Shown in pieces: positions 51,295 to 62,398 of a stretch of DNA of 64,000 nt. Within the stretch, counting starts at the first letter, position 1; each line of letters begins with the position of its first letter. Under the pieces are notes generated by a model. It was not told the DNA's origin. It worked only from the letters and a program-made list of their open reading frames with translations, and did not search any database. A program made the translations under genes and the position numbers. This stretch comes from Podarcis liolepis (Eukaryota), in assembly GCA_965112155.1 (NCBI GenBank), contig OZ218102.1; one strand, 5' to 3'.

Positions 51295-52433
51295 CGCTAG
51301 GATGAGAAGAAAGATTGTATGTGAGGGTGACAAAGGGTAGCCCTACTTACTTTTTGCTCCAGCCCAACCACCCACTGCTACTCAAATCCACCCTCCCCCA
51401 ATCATTCATTTGGCAAAACAACATTAGGAGGCTATTAGGATCAGAAAGTCATCATTTATAGATAACTTAGACTAAATTAAAATTTAAGAATAATTCTAAG
51501 GAAGTGTAATTAAATGCCTTTGAAAGAATATACATATAAACAGAGGTGTCCACGTGGTAAATCCAGAGGGTGCTCCTGTACTGATTTACAACTGAAAGTT
51601 TCATGCAATTAACATAAATGCATAAGTTCGTTTTGAAAAAACTATTATTGCCTCAAAATACCCCTTTGAATACTATTTTTTGGTCACAATTCCAACTCTT
51701 ATATCACTTCCAGGAGACTATTATAAAGGGCACTGATGAACATCTAGGGAAGGCTGTAAAACATCTAATTGTTCTACAATTATGGTGCTGCCTTCAAAAG
51801 TCTCTGTGTGGGTCAGCATTGTACAATGGTACTTATGGTGTCAGCAGGAGACCATCGTAGCACCACCACAGGTTACAATGAACTTTTGTAGTCTATCTTG
51901 CAGCTTTTGAAAAATGCAGAATCCATACAGCCTACAAGCTTTAAGCCAATTCTTCTCTATTTCAGCAAAACAATTTATTTGCAAGAATACATAGACAGCA
52001 ATCAAAGGCAGGAAGATCTGCCAACACTTTCCATTTACTAAGGCAGAAAAGTGTCAATTACAGCATTAATTTATAGCACACTGAAAAGACAATCATTAAC
52101 ATCTGCCTAAATTATTCATAGCATTTTACTACAGAAAAGGGAGAGAAAAAGAGCAGCAAAGTTTGAATTCATAGGGTGCTGCTAGTCACTGCTGTTTCTA
52201 GGAGAAGAGAATGTGTTCCATTGTTAGTCTTTACATAAGTGAAAAGCTTGGCAGGAATTTTAAAGTCCGTCATGAAAAAGAGACCCAGGTTCCACAAAGA
52301 TTTCTGCAGAACTGTCAAGCTAACATTATTCTAAAAATGTTGGAGACACAGAAAGCCTCTTTTCCAACTGAATAGCATTTGGACCCGTGTGCCCCAAAAT
52401 GTCAGAATTAACAAACCCAGAATTAATAATAAC

Positions 52434-52650
52434 TATATTTGGCCACCTCATGAGAAGAGAAGACTCCCTGGAAAAGACCCTGGTGTTGAGAAAGATTGAG
52501 GGCACAAGAAGAAGGGGACAACAGAGGACAAGATGGCTGGTCAGTGTTCTTGAAGCTACTAAGATGAGTTTGACCAAACTGGGAGGCAATGGAAGACTGG
52601 CATGCTCTGGTCCATGGGGTCACAAAGAGTCGGACACGACTAAACAACAA
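52434..52650 (+). mobile_element. BovB (RTE) LINE 3' end
   Basis: Encodes FGHLMRREDSLEKTL; ends CCATGGGGTCACAAAGAGTCGGACACGACT(AAC)n. Confidence 0.9.
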
Positions 52651-52669
52651 TATTTTATTTTGTATAGAC

Positions 52670-52960
52670 CATTGCTAGGCAAACTAAGGCCCAGGGGCTG
52701 AATCCAGCCCAATCATCTTCTAAATCTGGCCTGCGGACGGTCTGGGAATCAGCACATTTTTACATGAGTAGAATGTGTCCTTTTATTTAGAATGCATCTC
52801 TGGGTTATTTGTGGGCCCTGCCTGGTGTTTTTACATGAGTAGAATGTGTGCTTTTATTTAAAATGCATCTCTGGGTTATTTGTGGGGCATAGGAATATGT
52901 TCAATTTTATTTTATTTTTCAAAATATAGTCCGCCGCCCCCCCCACAAGGTCTGAGGGAC
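52670..52960 (+). mobile_element. hAT MITE, same family, 3' TIR missing (fused to BovB)
   Basis: Homology to 23200-23451 up to GAGGGACAG. Confidence 0.85.
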
Positions 52961-53304
52961 AGGGAGTCTTCTCTTCTCATGAGGTGGCCAAAGTATTGGA
53001 GCCTCAGCTTCAGGATCTGTCCTTCCAGTGAGCATTTACGGCTGATTTCCTTAAGAATGGATCGGTTTGATCTTCTTGCAGTCCAAGGGACTCTCAAGAG
53101 TCTCCTCCAGCACCATAATTCAAAAGCATCAATTCTTCAGCAATCAGCCTTCTTTATGGTCCAGCTCTCAATTCCATACACCACTACTGGGAAAACCATA
53201 GCTTTAACTATACGGGCCTTTATTGGCAAGGTGATGTCTCTGCTTTTTAAGATGCTGTCTAGGTTTGTCATTGCTTTTCTCCCAAGAAGCAGGTGTCTTT
53301 TAAT
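52960..53304 (-). mobile_element. BovB (RTE) LINE internal 3' ORF fragment
   Basis: Encodes RVPWTARRSNRSILKEISRKCSLEGQILKLRLQYFGHLMRREDSL. Confidence 0.9.
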
Positions 53305-53326
53305 AGGGTAAGGCTAATCTCTACTC

Positions 53327-53686
53327 GGGACGCGGGTGGCGCTGTGGGTAAAACCTCAGCGCCTAGGACTTGCCGATCGCATGGTCGGCGGTTCGAATCC
53401 CTGCGGCGGGGTGCGCTCCCGTCGTTCGGTCCCAGCGCCTGCCAACCTAGCAGTTCGAAAGCACCCCCGGGTGCAAGTAGATAAATAGGGACCGCTTACC
53501 AGCGGGAAGGTAAACGGCGTTCCGTGTGGTGCACTGGCTCGCCAGATGCAGCTTGTCACGCTGGCCACGTGACCCGGAAGTGTCTGCGGACAGCGCTGGC
53601 TCCCGGCCTATAGAGTGAGATGAGCGCACAACCCTAGAGTCTGGCAAGACTGGCCCGTATGGGCAGGGGTACCTTTACCTTTTTAC
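53327..53686 (+). mobile_element. Sauria SINE, distinct CpG-rich variant, 13-bp TSD CTAATCTCTACTC
   Basis: Same head and tail; different 3' half; perfect TSD. Confidence 0.92.
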
Positions 53687-55159
53687 CTAATCTCTACTCA
53701 TGGTCTAAATCAGGAATGGGGCAGGAAACATAATTTTGACGCTTCTTGTATGTCAGGTGTACAAAAGTGTCAAAAGAAAAGATTGCTGTGGCAAAGACTG
53801 AGTGGACATTTTGTAGCAGACAAAGAATTCCTCAGCATCAACAAGCTACTGTTCTCCACGAGACAAAGCAAGCTCTAACTTCTGTAACTTAGTACATTTA
53901 CTGAATTCTGAATTACAAACCAAAAGGAAGAAGAGGGTTTTAGCTCAAACGCTTTAATTCCAGCAACTCCAATACATATTTGTAGCACCAGGTGTACAAA
54001 AACTTCACTGAATGCAAACCTTTCCCTTCAAAAGAAGAGGGCAGAAATTGTTGTGCATATATGTCTTGTGTGTATTCCATTTATCTATAAAATGTGCTGT
54101 GAAAAAAATATTGCCTGCTTAATAAATGAGGCGGTCAACAAAATCATTTACGCTCGCTTGCTCCATCAATGGACACCCTTTCTTGATCAAATGTAATTTA
54201 CCGGTACTGCCGACTAATTTTAAACTTTGATGTCTTTGCTTGATATCTGTGTGAAAACATGTTTGTATTTATAGCACAAGAAGGAAGCAGTTCTAGAAAA
54301 ATAGCTCTATTATCTGAAGAACAAAACAAAAGTTCAAGAACAGCCCAAAATATTCTTAGAAGAGATCAAGTGTTCAGCAAACAATAGACATTTCCTTCAG
54401 AACCTAATGTACTTGCTATGGGACAGGGTGAGGGAAGCCAAGGGAATAACTTGCTACACAGGACAACAAAAGTCCCAGCTAACTGAAAAAGCTCCACATT
54501 GTGGATGTATTCCCCATATTGTCTACAAACAACAACACTGACTATCTTGTTTTCTGGAAACACACACCTACAAGGTCATAACAAAACCTGAGAGAGATAT
54601 TGCTTCTATTTTGCTGTAGTTTTGTTCAACACATTCTCTTCTAATATATCACACATGGGGTTACCATTATCTTCCTCAACAAGGCAAGATTGGGAATATT
54701 ATACTTGTAACATTCTAAGGTAGATACTTTACACAATCATTGTCACTCCAGCTCTCAGTGGCAATTTTCTTAAACTCTAAATGCTTGAATATCGGCAAGC
54801 AAACTTGTTTGTCTTTTCAGCAGGATAACACTCCTGGCTGCCCAGCCTGGCATACACACAGAAACATGAAAATAAAGTTTTATAAAGCAGACAAAATTCC
54901 ATTCAATCAGAAAAAGTCCTGGTAACAACCACAAACCTATTGGTTATTTTTAGTAAAATATTTAACAGTAAGATTATATAATTGAATTTAGGTCTTCTGT
55001 CCTTTATTTTGGTTGGGAAAAGCTCCACTATATATATGTCAACCTACTGACTTGTCTACAAGCATTCAGTATCTTGTTCGTAAGAGGTTTAGCCATGTGC
55101 ATGGCTTGGACCTTGAGCCAATCCTACTCTTCTTTTTAATAAAAGTACCCTGTCTTGTT

Positions 55160-55507
55160 GGGGAAACTGGTGGCGCTGTAGGCGCTGGTGGCGCTACCTA
55201 GGGCTTGCTGATCAGAAGGTCGGCGGTTCGAATCCCCACAACGAGGTGAGCTCCTGTTGTTCGGTCCCAGCTCCTGCCAACCTAGCAGTTCGAAAGCAAG
55301 TCAAAGTGCAAGTAGATAAATAGGTATCGCTCCTGCGGGAAGGTAAACGGTGTTTCGGTGCGCTGCTCTGGTTCACCAAAGTGGCTTAGTCATGCTGGCC
55401 ACATGACCTGGAAGCTGTCTGCGGACAAATGCCAGCTCCTTCGACCTGGGCCGCAACCCCAGAGTCGTCCGCGACTTGACTTAACGGTCAGAGGTCACTT
55501 TACCTTT
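55160..55507 (+). mobile_element. Sauria SINE with rearranged head, TSD ACCCTGTCTTGTT
   Basis: Same body and tail; duplicated CTGGTGGCGCT in the head; 13-bp TSD. Confidence 0.9.
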
Positions 55508-57474
55508 ACCCTGTCTTGTTACGTGCTAGTTTAAGTTTCAAAACTAGAATTAGCAATTATCTGCTTTCTAACGAGCATGAGGAAGCAGCAGCTCAATATG
55601 GTTTTATAGCAAAGCCCCAGGGACCATAACGAGACAACTGATCAACAAGACTGTGGATGGAGATGGAGAAATGCAGACACAACAACACTGAATGCATTTG
55701 TGAGTGACATGATCACTCCCCAGTAGCCTCTCTGGCTGCAGGAAACCCAGAAACCTTATTGATCTTCTGAGGAATTCCAGGCGATGAAATGGGCTGGATG
55801 GTTAGAGCACAGGTGGCATGAGTCTTGGGTGAATACAGTAGAGAATATGTGAAAGCATATAACCATGGCTACCATGTGGCGCTGTTGGCAGAGTGGAAAG
55901 TCTATTTATCTGCCTCTATTGCGTCCTCAGAACAGCTCTGGCTGAACAGGCTGGTTAAACCCAATCTGAGGGGGGAGAAACAGCTAATCACTCAGAAGTG
56001 CACTGGGATGCATTTACAAAAGCACCGAGAACAAAGCTGCAGACATCTGTATCAAACTGGACACCACAGTTGAGGCAGGTCCTGCAGATCTGTGAGATCA
56101 GTTTCAATTCCTGAGGCCTGAGAATAATAAACTGGACATTTGCAGGCAGTGTTAGAAACTCAGATATGTAAGGTGCCACCAAATGGCTCCTTAAAACAAC
56201 AGGATTATGGCCACCAAAATTGAATGCCTAGTTGCCATTGGGGGCCAGATGGCTCGAAAGTCGTATTTTTCAATATGCATTTTTGGTTCCTGAAAATTGT
56301 TCTGATTGTGCAAATAAAATATTACAGATAGAATTATTGTTGCTTGTTTGGGAAAACAGGCAAGATCCAAGGATTGCTAGGCATGCACCTCCAAATGGTG
56401 GAGACATCAGGTGCCATCCTGGCACCCAGGCATCTTCACTTAGTGACAAGCTACATACAATGCGCCTGGTGCCTGATGAATTTCGAACACTGCTTTCAGG
56501 GGTTAGGCTCTGCGAATGCTCTCACCCCATGCTCTCACCCCATAGTTTAGAGGAGATCGCAGTTTAAACCAGCCTTCCCTCTTCCTTCAGATATTGTTGG
56601 CCTCAAACTCCCAGTCTCAGCCAGCCTGCCAATGGTCAGGGAAGACAGGAATTTTAGTCCAAAACACCTCGAGTTGTAACCCATATATCTTCAAAATAAG
56701 TTTTCACATCACATTTTAGTCTTCAGTTTCACTTCCAAATGATAAGAATCCCATCAATGGACTACCTTATTTCTGATGTTCTAAGTATTAAAGTTGTGCA
56801 TAATACACTAAAGCTAGTTATTCTGCTGCAAATATGAAACATAAAAGAAAAACAGTGCAAAAACAGGGGTGTGATGGCCATTAATGAGCTAATTATCAGA
56901 TTTCCAGAACCTGTAAATTACTTTCTGTTGGAAAAAAACCTAAGAAGTGCATATTAATTGTGTGTGACTGGAACAGTCATGCAAAGGCACTGTTAATTAA
57001 CTTTTAAGTTCAACTTGCTGTGATAGTTACATTTTATTTACAATCTTGTATACCTCTTTTTAGTCATAATTGTTCTGACAAGTGCAATATGAATGACAAA
57101 TAGTTGTAGCTGATGCCCAACATGCTAGTAGTGTTCAAAGCCTGTTCCCAGCTCCAGCTACTTAGCCCTTACACATGCTTGCCATTTCTTTTAAGAACAG
57201 TTTCACAGGCTACAGCCATAAGTGTGCTCATGCACACCTCTAAGTATTCCACTGTCTAAATATTTAATGTACTGCAAAATAGAATCACTGAGGAAAAAAT
57301 ACTTATACATGAGTGAATCCATATAGTGCAATAATCATATGAATGCCCCATATGTTTGAAAATTTCAGTGTAAGAATTCACTGCTGTGATACATATAAAA
57401 GGCACCCCAAACATAATGCAGTCCTAAAATTGCACCAAGAAAGCAGCTTGTCTGTTCCCCATAAGTTTATAAAA

Positions 57475-57970
57475 TGATAGAATTGTAGACTTGGAAGGAA
57501 CCCCAAGGGTCAACTAGTCCAATCCTCTGCAATGCAAAAAATCACTACTAAAGAATCTCTGGCAGACGACCATCCAACCTCTGTTTAAAAACTTCTGATG
57601 ATGGGAAGTCCATCATCTTCCAAGATAATCTGTTCCACGGTCAAATAGCTCTTACTGACCAAAGTTCTTCCTAATGTTCAGTTCAAATCTCCTTCCTTGT
57701 AACTTGAATCCATTGGTTCGGAGCCTACCCTCTGGAGCAGAAGAAAACAAGCTTGCTTAATTTTCCATGTGACAGCCTTTCAGTTATTTGAGGATGGCTA
57801 TCATATCACTTCTCAGTCTTCTCTTATACAAGCTGAACATACCTAACTCCCTCAACCATTCCTCATAAGGCTTGGTTTCCAGACCCTTTATCATCTTGGC
57901 CGCCCTCCTTTGCACACATTCTAGTTTGTCAATACGTTTCTTAAACTGTGGTGCCCAGATCTGAGCCCAG
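57475..57970 (-). mobile_element. CR1 LINE 3' fragment
   Basis: [43 protein letters not shown] (CR1 RT C-terminus) and ATTCTAT-type tail. Confidence 0.88.
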
Positions 57971-58319
57971 TCTCTTCCTGTAAAGTCTCTTCCCTTGCAA
58001 ATGTAAATGCAGCTTGGTAAGAAAATTTCCAACAGGAAAATGCCCAAAGGAAAGTAGTTTAACCATCTATATTAGTACCATTTCTCAAACAACTTGGAAA
58101 GGAGCTACTTCTCCCTTGCTTCAATTCTCAATCTTTTTTCTCTCCCCCTCCCCCACTTTTGGCTACTTATAAGATTATCAAAAACAGTAAATATTTTAGC
58201 TTCAGCTGAAAGAGTTGCTTTTTTAAAATGTTATTTCATACTACTGCTTAATGTTTTTTGACTGTAAGTTGCCCTGGACTTTTATGGAGGGGAGGATATA
58301 ATTGTTTTAAGTAATAAAT

Positions 58320-58863
58320 TGTCATTGAGTGGTTGGACACAGAGGAATAGTGAGAAGAACCAGCTGGGAAACCACCAAGGGAAGAAGGCTTAGAGCCAGG
58401 GGAGCAGTGGTAGGATGACAACAACGACTCGTCAGAGGGAGAAGAGGGAGAAGACTGGGAAAGGGAGGTGTTGGAAGCTGAAGATGTAACACAGCTTACT
58501 GAGCTGGGAGAGTCTATGGCAGAGAGAAGTCCAGAATCAGAGGCGGAAGCCAAAGCCAGCGAGTGGGAGGAGAAATGAGGGCAAGAGGCAGAAATGAGTC
58601 AGGATGGTGAAGAATCATGGGTATCTCCCCCTCCTGCTATGCCAACAAGCACCCCTCCTCCCCATATCCCAGAATCAGAAGCGGGCTGAAACGGGTGGAG
58701 CAGCGACAGGCTGCATGCAGGTGAAGTGTCTGATTGCTTGGGGAAAGCCCTGGAAAGGAGAGAACTTAGAAAACTCTGGGGAGGCGGGAACTTTTGGTCT
58801 CAGCAACTGATTCATGGGATAAGACCTACCAGGAATGAGGAGCAGTGCTCATTAGGCCTGACA
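58320..58863 (+). mobile_element. LTR-like element with TGTCA...TGACA termini and a decayed acidic reading frame
   Basis: 5-bp terminal inverted repeat; purine-rich interior; no TSD found. Confidence 0.45.
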
Positions 58864-60293
58864 CTCTGCCAAGTCTGTGGAGATCATGTTTTTGCTTACA
58901 AAGAGTTAACGCCCAACTTTGAATGGTCTGATTTACTGCCAACTCGCTCTTTGACATAAATACACAAATAATAAATTTCCAGCATCCACTGTTAGGAAAA
59001 AGAGGTGTATGATTGATATTCAGAAGGCAAAAAGGAATGTCAAGCATGCTGTTTCTCACTCTCATCCAAACATGTTTGAGTTAGCAATTACAAGACTCCT
59101 GGGCATACTAGCTAAACAGAAGTATCAGCTGGTAAGAGAGACATGGCAAACAAAACCTCCCATAAGAAACTGTTGAAGGCATGCAGCTCATGTGAGAAAA
59201 AAATGTGAACACACGTATACATGTTTCATCTGAGTAAATAAAACAATGTTCTCCTTCTTCCTGTTCCCCATTACTTGAAGCTGCTAGCAACTCAAAGTAC
59301 CAAATGCTAGAAAAGATTTGGAAATATTACCAGAATTTCTCTACTGAATTGCATACGGAGGACAATTGCTGCATGACTAACTGTCCAACATTCTCATTTC
59401 CCCTAAATATCTTGGGGAAGGGGAAGGGAAACTTCTCTATCCTGCAGAGAAATGTTTTGCCTGGATGGAATGGCATTTATTTAAGCAATGCAATGCAACT
59501 GTATTGCCCAGCACAAGAAACACTGCCACATTCCAGGGACTCACATTATAAATCAAACTCCCTATCAACTTTTGCTTTCATTTGATAGCAAAACTGTTTC
59601 TTTGTTTAAGCTACAGAATGGTATCCTTGTTATTATTGGGCTATCTTGCCCAAACAGCTGTGTACTGCACTTCTCACAGCAAGACATTGCAGTTCACTCA
59701 AGCCAAAAGGTAAGAGAGAATGACAGAGTAGTTCTGCAGCAACTAATAACCAGATTTGCAATACATATTTCTCAAATTTCTTTAATAGTTCCCAAATAAC
59801 AGCCTTGTTAGTCTCCTACCCTAATGAAGACATATCTTGCCCTTTTTGGTTTGCCACAATAGGTCAAATTACTTTTCCTCTTCTCAATCCCTCAATACCT
59901 ACCAACTTTTAAAACTAAATAGTTAATCCACCCAATGTGCTCTGGTCCATAAAACCTAATGCAGCAATAAACTTATTAAGTCTGTAAAGTATCCCAGATC
60001 CTCCTTTTTCTTGACTACCCAATCTCTATCCACCTATACATTTCAAGGTTGCAGTTGCCTTTTATTATATGCCTAAAAAGAGGAACACATCGATTATGCT
60101 GTGAGGATTCCACTAAACCTGTAATCGCATTACATTCTTTGTAGTCTCAAATAATTCCCAAAAAGCCTTTATCACTGTTACCTTTTTGCTCCCTCTCTAA
60201 ACTGAAAACTTGTCTGGTGTCTTCAAGAGATATAGAAAGGCTAGATATCAGTGCTGACTGGTGAATGTTGGTGTCAAACAAGGACTCACTCAC

Positions 60294-60436
60294 TTCGTTT
60301 CCTGTACATCACTGTAAGTTTACCAAGTACTAAAATCCATTTGTCATTTCATAAGCTGGACATTTTATCTTGACAAAACTCAGGGTTTCACTTCCCATTT
60401 AGGTGGTGCTTTGCTGAAGTGACTAAGTGGAACCTC
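60294..60436 (-). other. SGMS1: Candidate non-coding 5'-UTR exon of SGMS1 (143 nt)
   Basis: Strong acceptor ttcattttttacttacag|GAGG and strong donor CGAA|gtgagt on the gene strand in unique sequence; SGMS1 is known to have several small distant 5'-UTR exons. Confidence 0.6.
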
Positions 60437-61496
60437 CTGTAAGTAAAAAATGAACAGTGGTATTTCCTTTGGCAGACCTTTGGGCAGTATTCCACTAATG
60501 AGTCTCGTCAATGCAAGGATTTTGACTTCTACAACAGACCTTTCCTACCCTCTTCTCCACCCACACGAGCCCAGCACCTACCTCAAATCTTCTCCAGATG
60601 GTTGAAGGAACCCCTGGAATACATTTAGGGGCACAGGGAAGGAGAAAAGGATTAGGTTCTGTTGCACAAGCAGAAATCCTTATGCTGATGAATGGCTCTC
60701 CTTAATGCTATTCTGGATTCCACCCTTTGACTTTGAAACCAATTCCTTTCTTACTTGGATAGTTATGAGTGGATGCCAAATGTGAAAACCAAGGGAGTAC
60801 AACCAGACTTCATTTAATTAGACACCTGAAAGGTTGTTTTCTATTATGACGAGAAAGTGTATTCTCCAGACACAAAGAAAGCAATATTGTTTTACATGCC
60901 CAATGGGTCTCCCCATAGGATTTTTTATTATTATTCTGTTATAAACACTTGTTGTGCTACATTTTGGAATTAAGAAGAACATTTATGTTGCAGAACAATG
61001 ATTTATCACATTTTTTTTAAACGTAGGAAATACAGGTCTGTGCTACAGACAGAGTTCAAAGATTCATATTGCCCCTATTAGGAAGAAAAATACTTAACTA
61101 CCAACCTACATTGCAGAGCCCAAACACTGAAAAATGCTGTGGCACCTTTGAAAAGGTCTGACTAATTGCTTTGAGCCTCCTTAGGCTAGAGTCCAAGCAT
61201 GTATCTGTACAATTCCTTTCTGTACACTGGTGGTAGTTCTGCAGAACATTTCACAATACTTATGTTCTAATCTGTATATAAATAGGTCTCTTCTGGTTTG
61301 GCGGAGCAAGAGGAACTTCAATAGCATGGTGAGTTATTACTTTAAAGCAAATGAAAGATTGCACCAGAAGTTGACATAGTATGCCAAGTCAGCAGTAGGA
61401 GGTCAAAGGTTAATTACAATAAAATTTCATGAACTTAAGGAGCAGTCTGAGATGGCAAGTGAGACAGTCTACCTAAAAGGGCACAATACTGTAGAG

Positions 61497-61678
61497 CAGG
61501 CATGTCCAAAGTCTGTTTCATGGGCCTAATTCGGCCAGTCGGTTGGTTTAATGCGCCCCCCGTGGCAGCATATGTCCTGGGGTAAAATCCTAAAGAAAAG
61601 CTCAACAATTTTGGTTGGCCCTCACGCATGTTCCATTCAGCAAATCTGGCCCTCTTTGAAAAAGTTTGGGCACCCCTG
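61497..61678. mobile_element. hAT MITE, TSD CTGTAGAG
   Basis: CAGGCATGTCCAAA...TTTGGGCACCCCTG with perfect 8-bp TSD. Confidence 0.85.
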
Positions 61679-62314
61679 CTGTAGAGGCAGAAGTCCGCTG
61701 CTGATGGTTGTCACAAACTTCAGTTGATTACATAGCTATTACATATAACACACATACTCATGGCTCAACCCTATGCACAATCATTTCAGTCTTTCAGAAA
61801 TGAGATGTACATGCATGGGGAGTCATGCCAGCATACTACTACAATCGGCAGCACTGAAGTAATGACCAGAGTAGCCCCCAAAACTGATGCTACAGAAGTG
61901 GGCTGCCTACCCATTTTTGTCAGAAACCCAAGACCCAGCCAGGATCTAGAGGTGGGGTTTACTGCTGTATTTTTCCTGATAATGCTAGTGTTTCTGTCTC
62001 AATTTCAACCATTCATTTTACACTGCAGTAGCTACTGTGTTATGGAACCGTGGCTTTTTTTATCCATATACTGCCAAGTTGTGTTAACTTTTATATATCA
62101 GGAAAGAACTGCATACTAAGATACCACCCAAGATTTCAACACATCAGCAGCAGTGGTGCAATCATGTAAACCTGAGGAAAAGCACAATGCAAATCTCTGT
62201 GGTTTTCCAAGCTAACAGGATTGCTAACCATTTTTATCCGAAAATGGATAACATGAAATGAGCACTAGATTTCTGCTAGACTCTACTGGATTACCAAAAG
62301 TGATTTTTAAGTTG

Positions 62315-62325
62315 TAATAATAATA

Positions 62326-62360
<35 letters not shown>

Positions 62361-62382
62361 TGTTGTTGTTGTTGTTGTTGTT
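62315..62382 (+). repeat. (AAT)n(TGT)n compound microsatellite just upstream of the Rex1 element
   Basis: Direct inspection. Confidence 0.95.
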
Positions 62383-62398
62383 TATATGCCACCCATCT

